A stretch of DNA of 64,000 nt from Gammaproteobacteria bacterium (lineage in GTDB: Bacteria; Pseudomonadota; Gammaproteobacteria; Ga0077536), in the NCBI GenBank assembly GCA_963662545.2, contig CAXXLL010000003.1, forward strand, positions 1,376,001 through 1,440,000, given 5' to 3'. The notes under the pieces are model-generated. The model was not told the origin of the DNA and did no database searches. It saw only the letters and a program-made list of their open reading frames with translations. Each line of letters starts with the position of its first letter. The stretch's first letter is position 1. The position numbers and the translations under genes are program-made. Shown one piece after another: positions 8,402-18,429 of this stretch.

Positions 8402-10657
8402 GTGAATAACAATATCAACAGAAGAGATTTTCTAAAATTCGTCGGTGCCGGGGGCGTTGGCACCGGAGCGGGAATACTCTACGGGGAGAGCACCAAAAGA
8501 ACGGTCGAGTTGCTGATCCCCCAGGTCGTCCCGCCGGAGGATTACTCGCCCGGCATCGCGACCTGGTACAACACCGTCTGCCACCAGTGCTCCGCCGGCT
8601 GCGGCATCAGCGTCCGCGTTCGTGAAGGTCGGGCCAAGAAAATCGAAGGCAACCCCTTGCACCCCGTCAGCCAGGGACGCCTCTGTTCCCTGGGTCAAGC
8701 CGGCGTCAACGCGCTCTATAACCCGGACCGCATCCGCACGCCCTTGCAGCGATCAGGCGATCGGGGGTCTGGAGAATTCACCGAGATCTCCTGGGACGAC
8801 GCGCTGACCTCGCTCGGTAACACGCTCGGCAGCCTCAAGATCCAGAATCACGCCAACCGGGTTTTCATGTTGAGCGGCGGCGTACGCGGTCACCTCGACC
8901 TGCTGTTCTCGAATTTCATGAAGGAAATGGGTTCGGACCATTACCTGCAATACGATTTTACTTACCCGGTAAACACCTACGAGGCGAATCGCATTGCGTT
9001 CGGGACGAGCGTATTACCCTATTACGACATCAAGAATACCCATTACCTGCTTTCTTTCGGAGCGGATTATCTCGGCACCTGGCTGTCCCCGGTGCACTAC
9101 GGCGTTGCTTACGGCCACCTGCGGCAGGGCGAAGATCGCCAGCGCGGCAAGTGCGTGCAAATCGAACCGCGCATGTCGCTCAGTGGCGCTAACGCCGATG
9201 AATGGATCACCGTCAGCCCGGGAACCGAAGGCTTAGTGGCGCTTGGTATAGCCCACAGCATCCTGGCCGGCGGGCATTACACCGGCGCCGACAGCGCCGA
9301 ATGGACGCAGGCGCTCGCGTCCTATTCACCCGCGACGGTCTCTGAGCGAACGGGCGTTGCGGCACCCCTTATCTCGAGAATCGCCGAGGAATTCATGCGC
9401 GCCGAACCCGGGCTGGCGATCGGCGGCGGCGGCGCGGCGGCGGGAACCAACGGTGTTGCCACCCTCGTTGCGGTCAATGTGTTGAATACCCTGAGCGGAA
9501 ATCTGGGCCAGCCGGGTGGCGTATTGTTCAATCCCGATCCGGTCATCGCCGGCGCACCGAAGCAGCGCCTGGCGAGCCATGCCGACATGCTCAAGCTGAT
9601 CGACGCAATGTCCGGCAAGGAGGTCGAGGTGCTGTTAGTGCACCAGGCGAACCCCGCTTACACGCTTCCGCCGGCAGCCAACTTCGTACAAGCCCTAGGT
9701 AATGTCGGGCAGGTCGTGAGCCTGTCGAGCTTCATGGACGAAACCACCGCCATGGCCGACCTCATCCTGCCGACGCATACCTATCTCGAAGCATGGGCCG
9801 ACGACGTTCCCGAGCCCGGCGTCGGTGTGCCCGTCGCCTCGATTTCACAACCCGTCGTCACGCCGGTTTTCGATACGCGGGCAAGCGGCGACATCATCCT
9901 GGCGCTCGCGCATCAGATCGGCGGTGAACTGCCGGCGAAGCTGCCGTGGAATCAGACCGAGGACTACCTCAAGGACAGCTGGAAGCAGATCTATGCCGAG
10001 CAGTCCGAACAGGACGCTTCGTTCAGCTTCGACGATTTCTGGCGGGCCGCTCTCAAAGCAGGGGTCTGGGCGGAAAAGAACGCGGCCCCGGCGCCGCAAA
10101 TAACTGGCCCGGTGGAAACGCTCAAGCAGAATTTGAAAATGCCCGCGGCTTCGTTCGATGGAGACGCCGGCGAGTTTCCCTACTACCTGCATCCCTATCT
10201 GACACAGGCTTTCCGCGATGGCGGCGGCGCGAACCTGCCGTGGATGCAGGAGTTACCAGACCCGTTGACGAGCGTGGTGTACGCATCGTGGGTGGAACTC
10301 AATCCCCAGACCGCGGCCGACATGGGCATCAACGAGGGAGACATCCTCGAAGTGAGTTCCCCCGCAGGCACCGTCAGAGCCCCGGCGTTCCTGTATCCCG
10401 GCATTCGACCTGACGTCGTTGCGATGCCGTTCGGACAGGGCCATCTGAAATACGGCCGCTATGCGAGCGGCCGGGGTGCAAATCCGATCGAAGTCGTGGG
10501 GCAGCTAACAGACGAAGACAGCGGCGCCCTCGCGTGGGCCGCAACGCGCGTCAAACTGCGCAATACCGGCGAACGGTTCAAGCTGATCAAGACCGATGGC
10601 GTGAGCCGGACACTCGGCAGACAGATCCTGGGCCCGGCGGAATCGGGACATGGTTAA
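8402..10657 (+). CDS. actB1: ACIII molybdopterin-oxidoreductase-like subunit (ActB1/QrcB-like)
   Basis: Tat signal NRRDFLK; CHQCSAGC...LCSLG Fe-S motif; ADLILP; QELPDPLTSVVY; first gene of an act-type operon. Confidence 0.8.
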   Translation: MNNNINRRDFLKFVGAGGVGTGAGILYGESTKRTVELLIPQVVPPEDYSPGIATWYNTVCHQCSAGCGISVRVREGRAKKIEGNPLHPVSQGRLCSLGQAGVNALYNPDRIRTPLQRSGDRGSGEFTEISWDDALTSLGNTLGSLKIQNHANRVFMLSGGVRGHLDLLFSNFMKEMGSDHYLQYDFTYPVNTYEANRIAFGTSVLPYYDIKNTHYLLSFGADYLGTWLSPVHYGVAYGHLRQGEDRQRGKCVQIEPRMSLSGANADEWITVSPGTEGLVALGIAHSILAGGHYTGADSAEWTQALASYSPATVSERTGVAAPLISRIAEEFMRAEPGLAIGGGGAAAGTNGVATLVAVNVLNTLSGNLGQPGGVLFNPDPVIAGAPKQRLASHADMLKLIDAMSGKEVEVLLVHQANPAYTLPPAANFVQALGNVGQVVSLSSFMDETTAMADLILPTHTYLEAWADDVPEPGVGVPVASISQPVVTPVFDTRASGDIILALAHQIGGELPAKLPWNQTEDYLKDSWKQIYAEQSEQDASFSFDDFWRAALKAGVWAEKNAAPAPQITGPVETLKQNLKMPAASFDGDAGEFPYYLHPYLTQAFRDGGGANLPWMQELPDPLTSVVYASWVELNPQTAADMGINEGDILEVSSPAGTVRAPAFLYPGIRPDVVAMPFGQGHLKYGRYASGRGANPIEVVGQLTDEDSGALAWAATRVKLRNTGERFKLIKTDGVSRTLGRQILGPAESGHG

Positions 10658-10669
10658 AGAGGATGAGCA

Positions 10670-11428
10670 ATGGTAGATCTCGTCGAAAAATTCAGGCGAT
10701 ACACCAAACCGGGCTATTACGATACTTTCGATTACCACTGGACGATGAGCATCGATCTGGATCGGTGCACCGGCTGTGGTGCCTGTGTCGTCGCCTGTCA
10801 GGCGGAAAATAATCTGCCGATCGTGGGCGAGGATCATTTTCGCGAACGCCGCGAGATCAAATGGCTTCGCATCGAGCGGTATTGGGAAGGCGAGTACCCG
10901 AATGTGAAACTCAGGTTTCTCCCGATGCTCTGCCAGCAGTGTGACCAGGCACCGTGTGAAACGCCATGCCCGGTGGCGGCGACCTACCACAACCAGGACG
11001 GCCTCAACACCCAGATTTACAACCGGTGCATCGGCACCCGCACCTGTGCCGTCTACTGTCCGTATGAGGTGCGCTATTTCAACTGGTTCACCTACACCTG
11101 GGATGAACCCCTGGAGCAGCAGTTGAACCCCGACGTGACGGTCAGGGAAAAGGGCGTGATGGAGAAATGCACGTTCTGCATTCAACGCATCCGCCTGGCG
11201 AAGGATACGGCCAAGGACGATGATCGCCGACGCGTGCGCGACGGCGAAGTGACGCCCGCCTGCGTACAGACATGCCCGACAGAAGCCATGGTGTTCGGCA
11301 ACCTGAACGACCCGGACAGCCGGATTGCCAAGATGGTGAAGGACGAGCGCAGCTACCATGTCCTGGAGGAGCTCAATACCTCTCCCTCCATCGTGTATTT
11401 GACGAAAGTCGACGCTCAACATGGCTGA
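10670..11428 (+). CDS. actB2: ACIII 4Fe-4S dicluster subunit (ActB2/QrcC-like)
   Basis: CTGCGACVVAC, CQQCDQAPCETPCP, CIGTRTCAVYCP, GVMEKCTFCIQR. Confidence 0.88.
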   Translation: MVDLVEKFRRYTKPGYYDTFDYHWTMSIDLDRCTGCGACVVACQAENNLPIVGEDHFRERREIKWLRIERYWEGEYPNVKLRFLPMLCQQCDQAPCETPCPVAATYHNQDGLNTQIYNRCIGTRTCAVYCPYEVRYFNWFTYTWDEPLEQQLNPDVTVREKGVMEKCTFCIQRIRLAKDTAKDDDRRRVRDGEVTPACVQTCPTEAMVFGNLNDPDSRIAKMVKDERSYHVLEELNTSPSIVYLTKVDAQHG

Positions 11429-12746
11429 ACACCAAGAACCCACTTACGCCGAAGTCAACCAAGATGTTCTCGATACCCTGCTCCACACGGGGCGGGGGTA
11501 TTGGATTCTGCTCGGAGTGAGCATAACAGTCGTTCTCGTTTGTTTCGTCGGGCCGTGGATCTATCAGTTGAACGTCGGCATCGGCGCCTCCGGCATGAAT
11601 CGAAACGCGGTTTGGGGCACTTATCTTTCCAACTTCATTTTCTGGATCGGCCTGTCCCATTCGGGCACCCTGCTGTCGGCAATCCTGCACATCACACACA
11701 GTTCCTGGCGCAACGCCATCTACCGCAGCGCGGAAGCGATGACGTTGTTCTCGCTTATGACGGCGGCCTGTTTCGTGATGGTGCACCTCGGCCGGGTCTG
11801 GTTCATTCACTGGAGCGCGCCTATTCCGAACGAAATGGGCCTGTGGCCGAACTTTCGCTCGCCGCTTATGTTCGACGTCATGGCCATCACGACCTACCTG
11901 ACGGCGAGCTCGATCTTTATCTATATGGGATCAGTACCGGACTACGCCGCCGTGCGCGATGCCAGCACGGGCTTGCGCCGCCGGCTTTACACGATCTTTT
12001 CCTTTGGCTGGCGCGGCACCGCCAAGGAATGGCATACGCTGGCCGCGGCCTACCTGTTCTTCGCGGTGTTCGTGATCCCGCTTGCGGTCTCCGTCCACAG
12101 TATCGTGTCCTGGGACTTCGCCTTGTCGATCGTTCCGGGTTTTCACCACACCATATTTGCACCCTATTTCGTCTGCGGCGCCATCTATTCGGGCACGGCC
12201 GGCATCGTGACCGTGATGTACCTGCTGCGTAGAACCATGCATCTCGAGCGCTACATTCGCGAGATTCACGTCGACAACCTAGGCAAGCTCCTCCTCGCCC
12301 TGTCGCTGGTATGGACCTATATCAATGCGCTGGAGCTTTTCACCGGATGGTACAGCGGCACCTCCTATGAGATTGAGGCGCTCAAGTTCAAGATGTTCGG
12401 CTTTTACGCGCCGCTGTTCTGGGAAATGATACTGTTCTGCGCGGTCGTGCCGATGCTGATCTGGTTCAACAGGATCCGCTTGAACTGGACCGCCATGTTC
12501 TGTATATCCATCCTCATCAATATCGGCATGCTGACCGAGCGGTTCATCATCGTCGCCACCAGTCAGCCGATCAAGTTCCTGCCGAGCGCCTTCGGTTTCT
12601 ACTTTCCGAGCATGATCGAAATCTCGATCACCATCGGTTCCTTCGGCATCTTCACTACCTTGTTTCTACTCTTCATCAAGTGGACACCGTGTATTTCCAT
12701 TTACGAAGTGAAGGAAACCCTGAGACCACTGACTAGGGGGGCGTAG
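11421..12746 (+). CDS. actC: ACIII NrfD-family membrane subunit
   Basis: FIFWIGLSHSGTLLSAIL, RSAEAMT, HLGR, NFRSPL, SVHSIVSWDFA, IFAPYFV. Confidence 0.9.
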   Translation: MAEHQEPTYAEVNQDVLDTLLHTGRGYWILLGVSITVVLVCFVGPWIYQLNVGIGASGMNRNAVWGTYLSNFIFWIGLSHSGTLLSAILHITHSSWRNAIYRSAEAMTLFSLMTAACFVMVHLGRVWFIHWSAPIPNEMGLWPNFRSPLMFDVMAITTYLTASSIFIYMGSVPDYAAVRDASTGLRRRLYTIFSFGWRGTAKEWHTLAAAYLFFAVFVIPLAVSVHSIVSWDFALSIVPGFHHTIFAPYFVCGAIYSGTAGIVTVMYLLRRTMHLERYIREIHVDNLGKLLLALSLVWTYINALELFTGWYSGTSYEIEALKFKMFGFYAPLFWEMILFCAVVPMLIWFNRIRLNWTAMFCISILINIGMLTERFIIVATSQPIKFLPSAFGFYFPSMIEISITIGSFGIFTTLFLLFIKWTPCISIYEVKETLRPLTRGA

Positions 12747-13256
12747 ATGACCAAGAGCGTAATGGGCATGTTCCGCTACCAGGAGGATTCGCTGGCCGCG
12801 GCGAAGAAGCTCAAGTCCTCGGGTTTCGCCAATCCCCATATGATGTCGCCGATCCCGGTGCACGATGCCTACGAAGCGCTGGAATACGGGGTGTCTGCCG
12901 TGCGCCGCTTTTCACTGGCCGGCGCCATCGTCGGCGCGATTTCCGGGTTCAGCCTGGCCGTAGCCTGCGCCCTGGTCTTCATCCTGCCGACGGGCGGTCG
13001 CGCGATCATTGCGGTCCCGCCCTTTCTGATCATCACCTATGAGATGACCATCCTCTTCGGCGTGCTGGCTACCCTGCTCGGATTCCACTTCGTCTCGGGC
13101 CTGCCGGCCTGGCGCGATGCGCCCTATCGTCCCGAAGTGATCGTCGATCGCTTTTCGGTGGTCGTGGACTACGAAGAGGAATCACAACGGGCGGACGCGG
13201 AGCGGCTGCTTCGCGAAGCGGGCGCAGAAGACGTGCACAACATGGAAATCGAATGA
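12747..13256 (+). CDS. actD: ACIII subunit (DUF3341 type)
   Basis: SPIPVH, GGR, ITYEMTILFG; two TM helices; follows actC. Confidence 0.85.
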   Translation: MTKSVMGMFRYQEDSLAAAKKLKSSGFANPHMMSPIPVHDAYEALEYGVSAVRRFSLAGAIVGAISGFSLAVACALVFILPTGGRAIIAVPPFLIITYEMTILFGVLATLLGFHFVSGLPAWRDAPYRPEVIVDRFSVVVDYEEESQRADAERLLREAGAEDVHNMEIE

Positions 13257-13786
13257 TGCTCAGGCGATACGCCGTACTCGCCACCGCCGTTGCCGGCCTG
13301 GTCGTCTCGGGGCCCATCGGCGCGCTGCCGTGGGACAAGGACATGAAGAATCAACCGTCGATCAAACCGCAGGAATCCCAAGTCGAAACGAACCGGACTT
13401 CGGTTCCAAGGGACGGCGGTGACCTCTACGGTCCGCCCGCCGATACGACCGAGCTGGTGAGGATGCGCCTCGAAGCCGGCGCCCTGCCGAATCCGCAGCC
13501 CAAGACGGCGGAATCGCTGAACCGGGGCAAGGACTTGTACGACGTCCACTGCGCCATCTGTCACGGCACGGAAGGTCGCGGAGACGGACCGGTCGGCAAA
13601 AAATACATACCCGACCCGATGGACCTGACGCTCGAATACGTTCAGCTGCAGCCCGACGGCCAACTGTATTACACCATCAGCCACGGCAGTATCGCGATGC
13701 CGTATTACCGCGATTCGATCGCGCGGCACGAGCGCTGGCATGTCATCAACTACATCAAGGAAGTTCTGAGGGGTAAGCCCGAATGA
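13253..13786 (+). CDS. actE: ACIII monoheme cytochrome c
   Basis: DMKNQPSIKPQE, CAICH, MP, RWHVINYI. Confidence 0.85.
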   Translation: MMLRRYAVLATAVAGLVVSGPIGALPWDKDMKNQPSIKPQESQVETNRTSVPRDGGDLYGPPADTTELVRMRLEAGALPNPQPKTAESLNRGKDLYDVHCAICHGTEGRGDGPVGKKYIPDPMDLTLEYVQLQPDGQLYYTISHGSIAMPYYRDSIARHERWHVINYIKEVLRGKPE

Positions 13787-15051
13787 ACGGCACGGGTCAA
13801 TTGGCGCTCGGCGTCCCCGACGAGGCACCGGGCTATGCGTTCACCTTGACGACAGCCGTTCTGCTGTTCCTGGCTGCAACGAGCTGGTTCGTCTATGCGC
13901 TGCTGACCGAGCCGTCCGCCCAGGCCTGGGGTTATCTGGTCGTCAATTTCCTCTACGTTCTCGGGGTCAGTCAGTTCGGCATCGCTTTTTGCGCGCTCAT
14001 GCGTTTGTGCGGTGCCAAGTGGGCCCGGACCTTCTATCCCATCGCCGCGATGATCACGCTGGCTTTCTGTCCCTTCGCGATCATTGGGTTTCTGTTCATC
14101 TACGCCTTTGGAAGCGAACATATCCTGTATTGGCTCGCGGCGCCCGAAAGCGCGCACTTGAGCCCGTGGCTGGATTCGAAGCTGTTGCTATATCGCAATC
14201 TCGGGGCACAAGTGCTGTTCTACGGTATCGCTGTCTACTATGCCGCGCTCGGTCTGTCTCCTGAAATTCCGCAAGACGAACTGAACAAGGGGCCCGGGTG
14301 GCGGCAGGTGCTGCTCCATTGGGTATCGTCATTCCGAAAGGGTCGCGACGACGCGTTGATCGAGGACCGGCTGTATCGTTGGTCTCCGATCGTCCTGATC
14401 GCCGCGATATTGGCAAATACGTTCATCGCGTGGGATTTTTCCATGATGCTGGTCGCCCACTATCACAGCACGGTGTTCCCGATGTATTTCATCCTGGGGA
14501 ACATGTACGGCGGAGCCGGCCTGATCCTGATCATCTCGATCATCATGTTGCGCTTCATACCGGTCAGCGAACACTTCAAGACGACACATTTGCGCAGCAT
14601 GGCCATCCTTATGACCGGTTTTCTACTGTTGTGGCTCTACATGTTCTGGGCCCAGTTCTTCGTCAGCTGGTTCGGCAACCTACCGCACGAATATGGCGTA
14701 TTGTCGGTGCAGATGTACGGGCATTACGCGCCGGTTTTCTGGGCGATGATGACCTGCAACACCCTGATTCCACTCGCCGCGCTGCTCTTCGTCAAGGTGA
14801 AGACGACGTGGTGGATGATGATAGTGGTCGCTTGCGTCATCAACAGCGGCATCTGGTTGAACCGCTACCTGCTGGTCATGCCGGGCCTGAGCGAGGATCA
14901 CCGGTTCTTCGGGTCGATCACTGAGATTACGATGACCGTGGGTTTATTTGCCGGGTTTCTCACACTCTTGCTATTATTTTTCAACGCCATTCCGGTGGTG
15001 TCGACATGGGAGAAGAGCGACCCTGCCGATCACGGCCGCATCTGGAAATAG
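13783..15051 (+). CDS. actF: ACIII second NrfD-like membrane subunit
   Basis: Polytopic; AWDFSMML, STVFP and YMFWAQFFVSWFGNLPHE motifs. Confidence 0.85.
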   Translation: MNGTGQLALGVPDEAPGYAFTLTTAVLLFLAATSWFVYALLTEPSAQAWGYLVVNFLYVLGVSQFGIAFCALMRLCGAKWARTFYPIAAMITLAFCPFAIIGFLFIYAFGSEHILYWLAAPESAHLSPWLDSKLLLYRNLGAQVLFYGIAVYYAALGLSPEIPQDELNKGPGWRQVLLHWVSSFRKGRDDALIEDRLYRWSPIVLIAAILANTFIAWDFSMMLVAHYHSTVFPMYFILGNMYGGAGLILIISIIMLRFIPVSEHFKTTHLRSMAILMTGFLLLWLYMFWAQFFVSWFGNLPHEYGVLSVQMYGHYAPVFWAMMTCNTLIPLAALLFVKVKTTWWMMIVVACVINSGIWLNRYLLVMPGLSEDHRFFGSITEITMTVGLFAGFLTLLLLFFNAIPVVSTWEKSDPADHGRIWK

Positions 15052-15079
15052 ATTCGGCATCGATTAAGAGCAAATCTTT

Positions 15080-15595
15080 ATGCGAACACCATCCGAAACG
15101 CTAATTTTCAAGGCTGCCTACGGTCTCGTCGGCCTGCTTGTGCTAATCGCGTCGTTGCTCGCCGGATGCGAGCGCCCGAAGGAGACCCCCGTTGGGACGG
15201 ACCGGGTCGCCCTGGAGGCCAACGAGCATCTGAAGACTTTCGGCGACTACACGCTGCACGTCAATGCGCTGACGACCGATCAGCTTCCCTCGGAGGTCGC
15301 AAAAGAGTACCGGATCTCCAGAAGTACCAGCCGCGCAATGCTCAATGTCGTCGTTACCACTAAATCCGACGGCGCCGACAAACCGGTAACGGCGTCGGTC
15401 ATCGCCAACGCGAGGAACCTCGCAGGGCAGTTCAAGGATTTGGAGATGCGTGAAATTCTCGAAAAGAACGCCATCTACTACATTGCCGATATAGCGGTGG
15501 ACGACCAGGAAACACTGATCTTCGACATTGACGTCATCCCAGTTAACGAAACCGACGTGTTGAAGCTGAGCTACAAGCACGAATTCTTCCACTAG
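15080..15595 (+). CDS. DUF4426-like lipoprotein
   Basis: Lipobox LAGC; FGDYTLHVNA, ARNLAGQ, AIYYIA. Confidence 0.7.
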   Translation: MRTPSETLIFKAAYGLVGLLVLIASLLAGCERPKETPVGTDRVALEANEHLKTFGDYTLHVNALTTDQLPSEVAKEYRISRSTSRAMLNVVVTTKSDGADKPVTASVIANARNLAGQFKDLEMREILEKNAIYYIADIAVDDQETLIFDIDVIPVNETDVLKLSYKHEFFH

Positions 15596-15618
15596 CCCGC
15601 CTTCGTGCAATTGGCCGG

Positions 15619-17157
15619 CTAATCTGGGTCCTGATCGCGCTCAGCCTGCCGGGTTCTGACCCGCGCGACGGCCGCTTCTATCTCATCTTTCATGGTCTCG
15701 GCGTCCGGCGATTCATCGACGAGCTCGCTGCCGTCGGTCTCGCTCCCGTCTTTCATCCGTTTGAGCCGTGCTTGGCGGGATTCGTAATGCAGCCGCGCCT
15801 CGTCACTTTCCAGGCGGGCCCGCTCCAGGTTTTGTATTTCTGATTTCGCTTTGCGGTAATAGTCCACGAGCGGGATGTTGCTCGGACAGACGTAGGCACA
15901 ACAGCCACATTCGATGCAGGCGTTCAAATCGTATTCAGCCGCCCGTTCATAATCCCTGTCGCGCGCATAAGTGTATAGCTGCTGCGGAAGCAGCGCTGCC
16001 GGACAGACTTTTACACAGTCTCCGCAGCGGATGCACTCTTGCGCAGGGAGCGGCGGCAGCATCTCACCGCGACCCGCTGCAATGATGCAGTTGGTCGTCT
16101 TGAGCACAGGAAGCTCAGTCGACTGGAGTATGAATCCCATCATGGGTCCGCCGATGATGTGCTGCTCGGGTTCCTCGACATAGCCGCCGCATTGCTCGAT
16201 CAATCGTTCGATGGGCGAACCGATCATCACGTCGAGATTCCGCGGCTGCTTCACCGCGCTTCCGGTAATCGTCACGATGCGCGAAATAAGCGGCACGCCC
16301 CAGGCCATGGCCCGATATACCGCAACTGCGGTTCCGACGTTGTAGCAAGCAATGCCCAGATCCAGCGGCAGCCCCTGGGCGGGCACCTCGAGCCCCGTGA
16401 GCGACTTTATCAGCTGGCTCTCGCCACCGGCGGGATAGACGGCCGGCAGGGTTGCGATCGTAATACTGGTTTCGCCGATGTCGTCCAGCGCCTTGCGCAG
16501 CGCTTCGATGGCTTCCGGCATATTGTCCTCGATGCCGATGACGCACTCGACAGCGCCGACCGCGCGGCGGACGAGTTCCAGTCCGGCGACCACGTCCGGG
16601 GCGTACTCGCGCATCAGCGCTTCATCACAGGAGATATAAGGTTCGCACTCCGCCGCATTCAGGATCATCAAATGGACGCCATGGTGAATGCCGGGAAGCA
16701 TTTTTGCAGCGGAGGGAAAACCCGCCCCGCCCAGCCCGACAATTCCCGCTTCGAGCATCTTGTCGTGTATCTGGGTCGGTGACAGTGTGTAGGGATCGTC
16801 GCCGATACCTGCGTGCGGAACCCACTCGTCCAAGCCGTCGGTCTCGATCAGGATGCACGGCGCGTCCGCACCGGACGGGCTGGGAACGGGATGATTGCCG
16901 ATTTCGACGATGGTACCGGAACTGCTCGCATGGATGGACGCGCTGATGATGCCGTTGTCATTCGCGATCAGCTGGCCCTTGAGAACCCGCTCGCCCACGG
17001 CGACGACAGGTACCGCCGGCGCGCCCACGTGCTGGCGCAGCGGCAAGGTCAATAGCGGCGGGACCAGTACCTTCTCAATGGGCAACTTGAGTGATTGGGT
17101 TTTGTTCGGCGCGGATTTGATCCCACCACCGAAATGAATGGGGCTATCGAGCAGCAT
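15619..17157 (-). CDS. rnfC: Rnf/Rsx electron transport subunit C (orphan)
   Basis: LRQHVGAPA, GIVGLGGAGFP, NAAECEPYISCD, GGPMMG, CIRCGDCVKVCP and CIECGCCAYVCP. Confidence 0.92.
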   Translation of the reverse strand: MLLDSPIHFGGGIKSAPNKTQSLKLPIEKVLVPPLLTLPLRQHVGAPAVPVVAVGERVLKGQLIANDNGIISASIHASSSGTIVEIGNHPVPSPSGADAPCILIETDGLDEWVPHAGIGDDPYTLSPTQIHDKMLEAGIVGLGGAGFPSAAKMLPGIHHGVHLMILNAAECEPYISCDEALMREYAPDVVAGLELVRRAVGAVECVIGIEDNMPEAIEALRKALDDIGETSITIATLPAVYPAGGESQLIKSLTGLEVPAQGLPLDLGIACYNVGTAVAVYRAMAWGVPLISRIVTITGSAVKQPRNLDVMIGSPIERLIEQCGGYVEEPEQHIIGGPMMGFILQSTELPVLKTTNCIIAAGRGEMLPPLPAQECIRCGDCVKVCPAALLPQQLYTYARDRDYERAAEYDLNACIECGCCAYVCPSNIPLVDYYRKAKSEIQNLERARLESDEARLHYESRQARLKRMKDGSETDGSELVDESPDAETMKDEIEAAVARVRTRQAERDQDPD

Positions 17158-17205
17158 GGATGCCCTAAATGAAATTCACCGGTAAGTTGGCGGTCAGCCC
17201 TGCTG

Positions 17206-17745
17206 TCACTTGTGGCAGGTCCAGCAGTCCCGCCCATGCTCCACTTCCCTCTCTGTGTGACAATCCACACACCAGGGCATCCTAAGCGTCGAAACCCGCG
17301 TCACGCGGTCCATGGTTTCGATCGGGCCATGACACTCCTGGCATGCGATACCCGCCTTGATGTGGCGCTTATGGGTGAAATGGACGAAGTCGGGCACGTC
17401 GTGGACCTTGATCCACGGGATCGGTTCACGATTCTCCCAATACTCAAAAACTTTCAGGATCTCGGGCTTGTCCGTCGCGATGACCTTATGACAGCCGATG
17501 CACTTGTTGACGCTCGGGACGCCCGCCGACGGTGTCTTGTCCGCGTACACATGACAGTGGAGACATTCGATCCCGTTCTCACTGACGTGAATGCGATGGC
17601 TGAAATTGATGGGTTGTATCGGGGCTCTGTCGGAGTAATACGTGGCGTTGACCCACCAGCCGACGAAGAATCCGATAATACCGACGATTCCGATCAGCGT
17701 CGGTTTTAAGAACGGTGCTAAAGCGTCCCGAACTGAAATAGACAT
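17206..17745 (-). CDS. actA: Membrane-anchored pentaheme cytochrome c (ActA/QrcA type)
   Basis: N-terminal TM; PIQPINFSHRIH; five CxxCH (CLHCH, CIGCH, CQECH, CVDCH, CWTCH); PDFVHFTHKRH. Confidence 0.9.
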   Translation of the reverse strand: MSISVRDALAPFLKPTLIGIVGIIGFFVGWWVNATYYSDRAPIQPINFSHRIHVSENGIECLHCHVYADKTPSAGVPSVNKCIGCHKVIATDKPEILKVFEYWENREPIPWIKVHDVPDFVHFTHKRHIKAGIACQECHGPIETMDRVTRVSTLRMPWCVDCHTEREVEHGRDCWTCHK

Positions 17746-17800
17746 GGGAATTTTCTTCTCTGGAGTATTTGAATAGTTGCGATTTTTTTGTGGCTATTGA

Positions 17801-18187
17801 TCAACTCATGAGGTACAGCGAAGGTCCCTCGATCGTCTCGTCCTTTATTTGCACCATGGCCGGATACGTTCCGGCTCGTTGAAAAATCAGGTTTTGAAGC
17901 GGCAGGATAAGATGGGTTTTGGACGGCGGCCGCGTTGCGGGACGCGCTTCCACCTCGGAATGCCCGTCGATCGTGAATATCTCGGCGCCGTCGGGGTCCA
18001 GCAGGTCGATCTTGAACGGCTGCTTGCCGTGATCCTCGTGATCCCATTCGACGATGCCGGCGAGCATCAGGTGATCCTGGCGGGCCGGAAACGAGGGTGC
18101 GTAGAGTTCATTGTAGATACCGCGCAGATCGAGTTTGCCGTTGGCGACGGTTTCTGCGGACTCACAAAAAAATAAGGCGACGTTCAT
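17801..18187 (-). CDS. Hypothetical protein (DUF6941-like)
   Basis: ALFFCESA...GKLDLRGIY pattern; start uncertain (18187 or 18226). Confidence 0.5.
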   Translation of the reverse strand: MNVALFFCESAETVANGKLDLRGIYNELYAPSFPARQDHLMLAGIVEWDHEDHGKQPFKIDLLDPDGAEIFTIDGHSEVEARPATRPPSKTHLILPLQNLIFQRAGTYPAMVQIKDETIEGPSLYLMS

Positions 18188-18429
18188 GATCTTGTGGCGG
18201 CGTGCCGCGCCAGGATGATACCGCACTCATAATTATTAGAAGCTATCTAGGTGAAAGCGTCCGTTGCATCCCCCGGCAACAGCGCATCTGAGGCCAATTG
18301 TACCGGAATAGCGCCGGAACTGGGACGTTCCACGGTTCCTCCAAACCGGCGCCGGCGGACCGCACCGCTCGCCGCTTGCCGCCAGTTAACAGCGCCTCGC
18401 GCCCATCTTCGGTCTGGATCGCAACCGCT

